Translations under genes and position numbers: made by a program
Notes under the pieces: generated by a model
Told to the model about the DNA's origin: nothing
Database searches by the model: none
What the model saw: only the letters and a program-made list of their open reading frames with translations
Shown here: piece after piece, positions 19,557 through 27,453 of the stretch
Numbering within the stretch: the first letter of the stretch is position 1
How the letters are laid out: each line of letters opens with the position of its first letter
Source of the DNA: Pseudoalteromonas translucida KMM 520
Lineage (GTDB): Bacteria; Pseudomonadota; Gammaproteobacteria; Enterobacterales; Alteromonadaceae
NCBI RefSeq assembly: GCF_001465295.1
Contig: NZ_CP011034.1
Location: 3,090,001 to 3,122,000 of the forward strand
DNA length: 32,000 bases
Direction: 5' to 3'

Positions 19557-19671
19557 GTATAGCAAACTGGGGAGAAGCTATGAATAATTGCATCTTCGCA
19601 GATGCATCATCAACAGGATGTCCTACAGGATGAGGACGGCGCGACTTTAACAAAAGCCAGCGCACTAGTAC
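19526..19671 (-). ncRNA. Candidate independent sRNA (about 146 nt) downstream of polA, at the position equivalent to spf
   Basis: Bounded by a near-consensus sigma70 promoter and a strong terminator, and separated from polA by polA's own terminator. Predicted hairpins are GCGCUGGCUUU-UGUU-AAAGUCGCGC and GCAUCU-GCGA-AGAUGC (GNRA loop). CU-rich single-stranded stretches are present (CCGUCCUCAUCCUGU, CAUCCUGUU, CUUCUCCCC). No sequence similarity to E. coli Spot 42 is visible by eye. Confidence 0.5.
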
Positions 19672-19677
19672 AATAAA

Positions 19678-19706
19678 ATTCTAGATAATTTGTGTATATT
19701 TGCCAA
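19678..19706 (-). promoter_or_regulatory. Sigma70-type promoter TTGGCA-N17-TAGAAT
   Basis: Minus strand has -35 TTGGCA (19706..19701), a 17-nt spacer, and -10 TAGAAT (19683..19678). The predicted TSS is near G at 19671. Confidence 0.55.
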
Positions 19707-19800
19707 CACCTTATGATTTAACATAGGCCTTTTCTTTGGTTAACTTTTATGTAACTAAAGCGACTATTTATTTAAGTAATAAATATTTTTAAACTGGCAT

Positions 19801-19828
19801 AAAAAAAGTGCCCTTAAGCACTTTTTTG
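19801..19828 (-). terminator. Intrinsic terminator after polA (A/T-flanked, bidirectional shape)
   Basis: AAAAAAAGTGC-CCTTAA-GCACTTTTTTG. Confidence 0.72.
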
Positions 19829-19846
19829 TCATTTTATTATATAAAC

Positions 19847-22582
19847 TTAGTGAGCCTGTTCCCAGTTATCGCCTTCATCAGCTTCAACTATAAGTGGCAC
19901 ATCAAGAGTAGCCGCTTGCGACATTAGTTCGCAAATATGCTTTGTGTAAGCATCAACACAGTCTGTTTTAATTTCAAATACCAATTCATCGTGTACTTGC
20001 ATTAATAGCTTAACGGTATTGGGAGCTTGCTCGTATACCCAACTGTGTACACTTAACATTGCCTTTTTAATAATATCGGCAGCAGTGCCTTGCATAGGCG
20101 CGTTGATTGCTGCGCGCTCGGCTCCTTTTCTACGCGCACCATTTTGGGCTTTAATTTCTGGTAAATATAAACGGCGTCCAAAAATAGTCTCTACATAACC
20201 GTTTTCAGCAGCCTTTTCACGCGTTGTTTCCATATATTCTAAAACACCTGGGAAACGCTCAAAATATTTATCAATATAATGCTGCGCTTCATGGCGTGGC
20301 ACATCCAGCTGACGTGCTAAACCAAATGCCGACATGCCATAAATTAAGCCAAAGTTAACTGCTTTAGCTTTACGGCGCATATCGCTGGTCACTTCTTCTA
20401 AACTTACACCAAATACTTCTGCTGCAGTGGCACTGTGCACGTCTAAACCATTAGCGAACGCACTTAATAAACCTTTATCTTGTGAAAGATGCGCCATTAT
20501 ACGTAGCTCAATTTGGCTATAATCGGCAGCGACAATTTTATAACCATCGGCCGCTATAAACGCTTCACGAATACGACGTCCTTCTTCTGATCGAATTGGA
20601 ATATTTTGTAAATTAGGATCGGTTGAACTTAAACGCCCAGTTGCCGTGACTGCTTGATGATACGAGGTATGCACACGCTGCGTTTTTTCGTTAACCATTA
20701 ACGGTAATTTGTCGGTATAGGTTGATTTAAGCTTTGATAAACCACGGTGCTCAATAATTACTTTAGGCAGTGGGTAGTCGTGCGCTAATTCTTGTAATAC
20801 TTCTTCTGCGGTAGAAGGCGCGCCTTTAGGCGTTTTTTTAATTATTGGCAGTTCCAGTTTTTCAAACAACAATACTTGTAGTTGTTTTGGAGAGCTTAAA
20901 TTAAATGGTTCCCCCGCTATTTCATACGCTTCTTTTTCCAGCTCCAATAAACGCTCGCCTAAACGTTGGCTGTGCGCAGCAAGCATTTTGCTGTCTATTG
21001 CTACACCAGTGCGTTCAATATCAGAAATAACATTAACCAGTGGCATTTCTATATCTTCGAATACTGACTTTAGTTTTTCGTCAGCGGCTAATTTGGGCCA
21101 TAGAACTTGGTGTAAACGCAGCGTAATATCTGCATCTTCAGCGGCATAGGGGGCGGCTTTTTCTAGCTCTACTTGATTAAAAGTAAGTTGCTTTTTACCT
21201 TTACCAGCAATATCTTCAAAGCTGATATTTTTATGGCCTAAAAATTTAAGCGCCAGTGAATCCATGTCATGGCGCGTACCCACGCTGTTAAACACATACG
21301 ATTCAAGCATGGTATCAAACTTAATACCGTTTAATTCGTAACCCGCATTTGCTAATACGCTTTTATCGTATTTAAGGTTTTGCCCTACTTTCGCTTTTTT
21401 GGCATCGGCTAGAATAGGTCCTAATTTTTGCATTACAAACTCAAGGCTTAGTTGCTCAGGTGCGCCCGGATAGTCGTGAGCAACGGGTAAATAAGCAGCC
21501 TCACCGGCTTTTACCGCAAAGCTCATGCCTACTAACTGTGCTTGCATGTAATCAAGGCTGGTTGTTTCTGTATCAAAGGCAAATAGCTCAGCATCATTTA
21601 GCTGCTCTATTAATGCATCAAACTGGCTCTCGGTTAAAATAGTTTCGTATTGCGCCTCTGCTACTTTTGGTACTTCGTTAGCCTCAGTGGGAACAGCTAA
21701 GTGTGTTTCGGTATCTTTAGGATTATCGAGTAACTCTGCTAACCAACGACGAAATTCACATTCACCGTAAAGGGCAATTAGCTCATCTTTATTTGGTTCT
21801 TGTAACTTAAAGGTATCAAGATCCGATTCAACCTCAACATCACACTTAATAGTGGCAAGTTGATAGCTTAAAGGCAGATGATCTAGTGCAGCTGCTAACT
21901 TTTCTCCTATTTTACCTTTGATCTCGCTGGCATTATCCATAACGCCCTGTAGCGATCCGTATTTTTCTAACCACTTAACCGCGGTTTTAGGACCACACCC
22001 TTCTACCCCTGGAATGTTATCTACTTTATCGCCCATTAAAGCTAAATAATCGATAATAAGTTCTGGGCCCACACCAAATTTTTCAACCACAGTAACAGGA
22101 TCCGAGATACTGTCGGTCATGGTGTTTATAAGCGTTACATGTTCATTTACCAGCTGCGCCATATCTTTATCGCCGGTAGAAACCAGTACGTGGCGCTTTT
22201 GCTCTGACGCTATGCGCGCAAACGTCCCAATTACATCGTCGGCTTCAACACCTTCAATGCTAATAAGCGGAAAACCCATTGCCTTAATAATACGGTGGAT
22301 TGGCGCTATTTGCGTGCGTAAGTCATCCGGCATTGGCGGACGATTCGCTTTATATTCGCTATACATATCATTTCTAAAGGTTTTGCCTTTAGCGTCAAAT
22401 ATAACCACCATATGCGAGGGATCATATTGTCTGATCAAACTTTTTAGCATGTTGATCACACCATATATCGCTCCTGTCGCCTCACCTTTTGAGTTAGTTA
22501 AATGTGGCGGTGAATGATAAGCACGAAATAAATATGAAGAGCCATCAACTAAAATAAGTGGGTTTTCGGGGATCTGAGCCAT
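19847..22582 (-). CDS. polA: DNA polymerase I
   Basis: Full-length collinearity with E. coli PolA as recalled: MAQIPENPLILVDGSSYLFRAY, the 5'-3' exonuclease, 3'-5' exonuclease and Klenow polymerase motifs, and a C-terminal ...NWEQAH. The start is set at ATG 22582, not the upstream TTG at 22606. Confidence 0.97.
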   Translation of the reverse strand: MAQIPENPLILVDGSSYLFRAYHSPPHLTNSKGEATGAIYGVINMLKSLIRQYDPSHMVVIFDAKGKTFRNDMYSEYKANRPPMPDDLRTQIAPIHRIIKAMGFPLISIEGVEADDVIGTFARIASEQKRHVLVSTGDKDMAQLVNEHVTLINTMTDSISDPVTVVEKFGVGPELIIDYLALMGDKVDNIPGVEGCGPKTAVKWLEKYGSLQGVMDNASEIKGKIGEKLAAALDHLPLSYQLATIKCDVEVESDLDTFKLQEPNKDELIALYGECEFRRWLAELLDNPKDTETHLAVPTEANEVPKVAEAQYETILTESQFDALIEQLNDAELFAFDTETTSLDYMQAQLVGMSFAVKAGEAAYLPVAHDYPGAPEQLSLEFVMQKLGPILADAKKAKVGQNLKYDKSVLANAGYELNGIKFDTMLESYVFNSVGTRHDMDSLALKFLGHKNISFEDIAGKGKKQLTFNQVELEKAAPYAAEDADITLRLHQVLWPKLAADEKLKSVFEDIEMPLVNVISDIERTGVAIDSKMLAAHSQRLGERLLELEKEAYEIAGEPFNLSSPKQLQVLLFEKLELPIIKKTPKGAPSTAEEVLQELAHDYPLPKVIIEHRGLSKLKSTYTDKLPLMVNEKTQRVHTSYHQAVTATGRLSSTDPNLQNIPIRSEEGRRIREAFIAADGYKIVAADYSQIELRIMAHLSQDKGLLSAFANGLDVHSATAAEVFGVSLEEVTSDMRRKAKAVNFGLIYGMSAFGLARQLDVPRHEAQHYIDKYFERFPGVLEYMETTREKAAENGYVETIFGRRLYLPEIKAQNGARRKGAERAAINAPMQGTAADIIKKAMLSVHSWVYEQAPNTVKLLMQVHDELVFEIKTDCVDAYTKHICELMSQAATLDVPLIVEADEGDNWEQAH

Positions 22583-22694
22583 GGTGAATTTGGATCCTAA
22601 ATACAAAAAGTAAGATAATTATAAGCATGCCATAAGGCAGTGAATAAAACGACTGCGAATTAATACTACTGATGTTGATTAATTCAGAACAAAC

Positions 22695-22715
22695 TGTGGA
22701 TAACTTTGTAGATAA
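22695..22715 (-). promoter_or_regulatory. Two tandem DnaA boxes upstream of polA
   Basis: The plus strand reads TGTGGATAA (22695..22703), a perfect reverse complement of TTATCCACA. It is followed by CTT and then TGTAGATAA (22707..22715), which has one mismatch. Both boxes have the same orientation and lie 113-133 bp upstream of the polA ATG. Confidence 0.6.
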
Positions 22716-22919
22716 CAGCCACAGGCCATTCTTCCAAAGCATTAAAAAACGCTTAGAAATAAAGTTAACTGGTTGTTTTTACTAAAAAAGATAATACGAG
22801 GTTCTTTTTTTATTATTTTTTTACCAATGTGGAAAAAAGTTTTAACCGTTACATCCGCTGTTAGTCATTGTCATTATTTGCATCCATTTAAATAACTGGA
22901 CGAGCATTCTAGCATAATG

Positions 22920-22968
22920 GATCAAAGATCATAGCGATCCTTTATAATTTTTTTCACTGTAGTTGATC
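22920..22968. other. GATC (Dam site) cluster
   Basis: GATC occurs at 22920, 22927 and 22936 (three sites within 20 bp) and again at 22965. From base composition I expect roughly one GATC per few hundred bp. Confidence 0.9.
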
Positions 22969-23433
22969 ACCAAATGGCATATACCCTATGTTCACTCGCT
23001 TAGCGAACAATAACTATACAAATAATTTTTCAAACAGATTATTTTTGCCATGTTAAACTTGAAGGTCTGTTGATCTTTCAAGATTGAATTTGCAGCAGTG
23101 TGTTTGGTATTTAGGCAAGGCAGAGCCTATGTGGTGTGGTTATTCCCCATAAATAGGCGATAACACAGCATTAATGCCAAACATGCGCTGCCCGAAGGGT
23201 TCTATCTAGGGGCGTGAGCAAGATGCAAAAGCTTTGCTTGGTTTTTACTTATTTACACATAGATGTAAGCCAGTAGAATAACGCAGGAGCAGTTATCGAG
23301 CCCACTAGGTTACAAACCTCGCGCCGCGATCAAATCGCTCCTAGTTTGAATAAATTTTAATCCGCAAAGGTTAACAGATCCTAATCTATCGAACTAAATT
23401 TTAGTTTGCCGACTTAAACGGAGCAGATAAAAA

Positions 23434-24081
23434 ATGAAAAAAGTTGCAGTAATTTTAGCCGGTTGTGGCGTTTATGATGGTAGTGAAATTAATGAAGCCG
23501 TTTTGACTTTATTACACATAGCAAAAAATGGCGCAAGTTATCAGTGCTTTGCACCCGATATAGCGCAGCATCACACCATTAATCACCTCACTGGTGAAGA
23601 AACCACCGATAATCGTAATGTACTTGTAGAAGCAGCGCGTATTGCTCGCGGCGAAGTAAAAGCCATTACTGATCTGGACGTTACACAGTTTGATGCTTTA
23701 ATTGTACCGGGTGGTTTTGGTGCTGCAAAAAATCTATCTGACTTTGCTATAAAAGGGCCACAGGCAAGTATTAATGCTGACGTGTTAAATGCCTGTAAAG
23801 CGTTTGCCAATACTAATAAAGCGGCGGGCTATATGTGTATTGCTCCTAACTTAATTCCTTTTATTTATCAGCAGGCACACCTAACTATAGGTAATGATAA
23901 TGACACAGCTAATGCACTTAATACCCTAGGTGCTCAGCATGTAACCTGCGCAGTAGATGATATTGTTGTAGATCAGCAGTATAAGCTAGTAACAACACCA
24001 GCCTATATGCTGGCACAATCTATACTCGATGCCGATGCTGGAATAGCTAAACTGGTGAGTAAAGTACTCGCACTAAGCTGA
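23434..24081 (+). CDS. elbB: ElbB (DJ-1/PfpI-superfamily, glyoxalase-III-like / isoprenoid biosynthesis protein)
   Basis: Near full-length similarity to E. coli ElbB as recalled (MKK.AVILAGCGVYDGSEINEAVLTLL, VPGGFGAAKNLS, TTPAYMLAQSI). Confidence 0.9.
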   Translation: MKKVAVILAGCGVYDGSEINEAVLTLLHIAKNGASYQCFAPDIAQHHTINHLTGEETTDNRNVLVEAARIARGEVKAITDLDVTQFDALIVPGGFGAAKNLSDFAIKGPQASINADVLNACKAFANTNKAAGYMCIAPNLIPFIYQQAHLTIGNDNDTANALNTLGAQHVTCAVDDIVVDQQYKLVTTPAYMLAQSILDADAGIAKLVSKVLALS

Positions 24082-24311
24082 TTTTTGATCAATATGATCT
24101 ATTTAGATTTTTGTAACTTAGAATAACAGTTACTCTGTTTAACTATTAAGTAAACTGCTGTTTTTATTGAGTTAACACAATCTTTGGTCGATTTAATCAA
24201 TAAAATCTACTCTGAGCATTTTATAAATTGCTTAGGGGAGTTATAATTGTTTTAAATTCCGTCATTTACAATCGTGATTGATCACGTTCAAATTGAAGTG
24301 GGCAAGGCAAA

Positions 24312-24707
24312 ATGAAAAAACTATCAGCTGCAGCATTACTAATGCTAGCAACCACCGCATACGCACAGCCATATGATAACTCTATGACTGCCGATGCAAT
24401 CAAAAAACGTCTCGCACCGATTGGTGCTGTATACCTTGAAGGTGACAAAGTGGCCGCTCCTGCAGCCCCTACTGGCCCACGTTCTGGCGAGCAAGTATAT
24501 CAAGCTTCATGTTTTGCGTGTCACGGTACTGGCGCGTTAGGCGCACCTAAATCGGCTGATGACTGGTCACCTCGCCTTGCTAAAGGTAAAGATGTATTAC
24601 TCGATCACGCACTGAATGGTTTTAATGCAATGCCGCCAAAAGGTACTTGTATGGATTGTTCTGAAGACGAAATTAGTGCCGCAATTAACTTTATGACAAC
24701 TAAGTAA
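24312..24707 (+). CDS. Monohaem cytochrome c5-family protein
   Basis: Signal peptide, a single CFACH haem motif, and a C-terminal Cys pair (GTCMDC) typical of the c5 class. Confidence 0.85.
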   Translation: MKKLSAAALLMLATTAYAQPYDNSMTADAIKKRLAPIGAVYLEGDKVAAPAAPTGPRSGEQVYQASCFACHGTGALGAPKSADDWSPRLAKGKDVLLDHALNGFNAMPPKGTCMDCSEDEISAAINFMTTK

Positions 24708-24730
24708 AAACCTACTAAAGATCAGTAAAT

Positions 24731-24761
24731 AAAAAGGTTTACCTATGGTAAGCCTTTTTTA
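24731..24761 (+). terminator. Intrinsic terminator after cytochrome c5
   Basis: AAAA-AGGTTTACC-TAT-GGTAAGCCT-TTTTTT (one G-U in the stem). Confidence 0.8.
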
Positions 24762-24877
24762 ATGTTTTTTATCAACTTTTAACCGCTAATTTAACGAATA
24801 TATACTTGACGCTAATAATTAAAAATGAAATTATAAGCGCAATTAGTATACAATAAAAACACAGCTGGTTAACATCA

Positions 24878-27448
24878 TTGGAAGATAAATTAACAGTACC
24901 TAGTAACTTAGCGCATCAAAATAAACGCCTGAAAGCGCTACTTAAAAAGTACAAGCATGCACATCATCTACAAAATGCCCTGATCCTATTATCAGAGCAA
25001 GCCAGCACGGTTGCAGAACTTTCCTTACTCTATCCCGCTATCCACGATATTTTGCAAAAGTACGTACCAAGCAAAAGTTTTTATGTTGTACTTTCTAACA
25101 GACACACAAACTTATTAGAACTTTCTTATTTTTCAGATGAAAAAGATGGTCTTGCTGTTGCCCTTAATCAGCATAATAGTTTTAACGAAGGTGCAACCGG
25201 TTATGTATTTAAACAAGGTAAAACAACCTACTTTTCTAAGCAACAAATGCAAGATGCTGCTAATAATGGTTTATTTAAAGCTTTAGGTACGCCTGCTGAG
25301 CATTGGATTGGCGTGCCGGTATATCAAGAAAAAAGCATTATAGGCGTACTTGCAGCACAAAGTTACGACACGGCACAAGGATATAGCCCTCAACAAATAC
25401 AATTACTTGAGGTTATGTCGCTGTACTTAGCTACCGCAATAGAGCGAGTAAAAAAGCGCGAGCAACTCGAAGCCGAAGTTAAAATTCGCACCCAAGCACT
25501 TACGCAAAGTAACGCTGCGCTGAATGTAGAAGTTGAACAACGTAAACGAGCCCTACAACGCCAACAAATTTTATTTAAAATATCAGAGCTCGCCACTCAA
25601 ACTAAAAACATTGATGATGTATATTTACAGCTGCATGAAATTATAAAGTCGATAACCTATGCAGATAACCTTTATATTGCACTTTATAACAAGGATTCTG
25701 GCTGGCTAAGTTTTCCTTATTACGTAGATGAATTTAAAAAGAACCCCCAATCGAGACGTTTTGCTAAAGGCTATAGTGAGCTGGTAATCAGCACCGAAGA
25801 AACTCAGCTTATTCAACTCGATAGAGCTAAAACTCTTATACAAGATGGCACAGTACAACGCACTTCGCCTGTGCCTGAAAAGCAAATGGCTACTAGTTGG
25901 CTTGGCGCACCATTAAAAACATCACAAGGTGTTATTGGTTTAATTGTTTGCCAAGCGTATAACAATAAACATATTTTTAGCCAAGATGATTGCGAACTCA
26001 TCACCTTTGTATCCCATCAAATTGCTACAGTATTACAAACAAAATTAGCTAACATCGCACTTAAAAAGAGTCATCAGGAGCTTGAGTTTCGGGTTGACGA
26101 AAAAACCAAAGAGTTACGCCAAGCTAATCTACATTTACAGATGCAAATTGATGAGCGAAAAAAAATAGAGCAGCAGCTTTATCACGACGCGCACCACGAC
26201 TCGCTGACCGGTTTAGCTAACCGAAGCTTATTTTTAACTCAACTTGAAAAAACCCTGCAAGAGTATCATCGCTTTGTAGAGCAACATTTTGCCGTATTAT
26301 TTATTGATTTAGATAAGTTTAAAAATATTAACGACCAGCTTGGTCATCATGCCGGGGATCAGTTTTTAATTAGCGTGAGTAAGCTATTTTCGCAGTGTAT
26401 TCGCGAGCACGACTTATTAGCGCGCTTAGGGGGAGATGAGTTTGTAATTTTATTGACTCATTTAACCGAGCCTCAACAAGCTGAAGATGTTGCAAATAGA
26501 ATCATTAACTTAATGGCAGAACCATTTTGTTTTAAAGGTTCGTCGCTGCAAAGTGGTGCAAGTATTGGTATAACTTACTCTAACCAAAGCTATAAAAATA
26601 CGGATGAAATAATTCGTGATGCCGATGCCGCTATGTACTACGCTAAAAACTCAGGTAGAAACCGCTATGAGCTATTCCACCCGCTATTAACGCAAGCAAT
26701 ACCAGAGCAGCAATCACCAGTACTGCATTACCTTGAACAACTACCGATGAACTTTAGAAGCTCTGAGATCATTACTCTTGATGAAAATTGCCAGTCTGAG
26801 TCATTGCTAGAAGCATTTGGCGAGCACCCTATATTAGGCTATACCAGTTTTGATATTCTAAAAAAGTTTGCCTGCGATAAAGAGCAACATCTTAATGTCG
26901 AACTTCAGCTACTACAACAAGCATACACGCAAACAAGTAACGCTAATTTAAACGTCGGCTTACTACCTTGCTCTGGTTTGTTATTGGCCCATCCTGAATT
27001 TGATTTATTTACTGATGCTTTGAGCCAATGCGAAAACAAAACACAACTTTGCTTACTCTTTGACGAGCAAGAAATACGCTATGCTAGTGCAACACAAATT
27101 GAAAATTTAAAGCTATTATCTTTAAACGGCTACTCTATTGGTTTAAATAATTTTGCTAAAGATAAATGCGAGCTTAACTTACTTAGCGAAATTGATTTTG
27201 ACTACCTATTACTTAGCTCGACGTTTAGTAAGCGTATTTTGCAGCAAGCCAGCTACGACCTACAACTGCAGGGCGTACTTGCCATTACTAAAATTAAAAA
27301 CACTAAAGTAATAGCAAAAGGCCCTGCTATATTAAATTTTAGAGCCCTATTAGATAAACATGGCCTAGGGTTTTTTATCGGTAAACAGTCTGCACTTAAC
27401 AGTAGTTTGCAGCCCTCAATTAGTCACTCTGAATCACTGCAACGTTAA
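24878..27448 (+). CDS. GAF-GAF-GGDEF diguanylate cyclase with a degenerate C-terminal EAL-like domain
   Basis: Two GAF-like sensory regions are separated by a coiled coil. The GGDEF motif is intact and has an I-site (REHD-LLARL-GGDEF). The C-terminal ~250 aa align to an EAL fold, but the catalytic positions are replaced (see findings). The only in-frame start before the domains is TTG 24878, with no obvious SD, so the start is uncertain. Confidence 0.82.
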   Translation: MEDKLTVPSNLAHQNKRLKALLKKYKHAHHLQNALILLSEQASTVAELSLLYPAIHDILQKYVPSKSFYVVLSNRHTNLLELSYFSDEKDGLAVALNQHNSFNEGATGYVFKQGKTTYFSKQQMQDAANNGLFKALGTPAEHWIGVPVYQEKSIIGVLAAQSYDTAQGYSPQQIQLLEVMSLYLATAIERVKKREQLEAEVKIRTQALTQSNAALNVEVEQRKRALQRQQILFKISELATQTKNIDDVYLQLHEIIKSITYADNLYIALYNKDSGWLSFPYYVDEFKKNPQSRRFAKGYSELVISTEETQLIQLDRAKTLIQDGTVQRTSPVPEKQMATSWLGAPLKTSQGVIGLIVCQAYNNKHIFSQDDCELITFVSHQIATVLQTKLANIALKKSHQELEFRVDEKTKELRQANLHLQMQIDERKKIEQQLYHDAHHDSLTGLANRSLFLTQLEKTLQEYHRFVEQHFAVLFIDLDKFKNINDQLGHHAGDQFLISVSKLFSQCIREHDLLARLGGDEFVILLTHLTEPQQAEDVANRIINLMAEPFCFKGSSLQSGASIGITYSNQSYKNTDEIIRDADAAMYYAKNSGRNRYELFHPLLTQAIPEQQSPVLHYLEQLPMNFRSSEIITLDENCQSESLLEAFGEHPILGYTSFDILKKFACDKEQHLNVELQLLQQAYTQTSNANLNVGLLPCSGLLLAHPEFDLFTDALSQCENKTQLCLLFDEQEIRYASATQIENLKLLSLNGYSIGLNNFAKDKCELNLLSEIDFDYLLLSSTFSKRILQQASYDLQLQGVLAITKIKNTKVIAKGPAILNFRALLDKHGLGFFIGKQSALNSSLQPSISHSESLQR

Positions 27449-27453
27449 CCAAT

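Noticed and set aside
19580-19633. Plus-strand 17-codon ORF (MNNCIFADASSTGCPTG) with a strong GGGGAGAAG SD, antisense to the sRNA candidate
   Set aside because: I found no plus-strand promoter upstream; the minus-strand terminator hairpin sits there instead. The peptide is short and non-hydrophobic, so it does not look like a type I toxin. I keep it only as an alternative reading of the locus.
19526-19671. Direct homology to E. coli Spot 42
   Set aside because: Comparison by eye with the Spot 42 sequence I remember shows no shared blocks. Only the genomic position and orientation match. The feature is therefore called a generic sRNA candidate, not spf.
22119-22517. 132-aa plus-strand ORF (also 21460..21642 and 22545..22742)
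   Set aside because: The first two lie entirely inside and antisense to the well-supported polA CDS; 22545..22742 is a same-strand, out-of-frame ORF overlapping the polA 5' end and its upstream region. The sequences are low-complexity or biased, with no recognisable motifs and no SD.
22607-23433. Possible chromosomal origin (oriC), suggested by a perfect DnaA box, an AT-rich tract and GATC sites
   Set aside because: There are only two good DnaA boxes and one weak one, no recognisable 13-mer DUE repeats, and none of the usual oriC neighbours (gidA/mioC, dnaA). The boxes lie at a distance consistent with polA promoter regulation.
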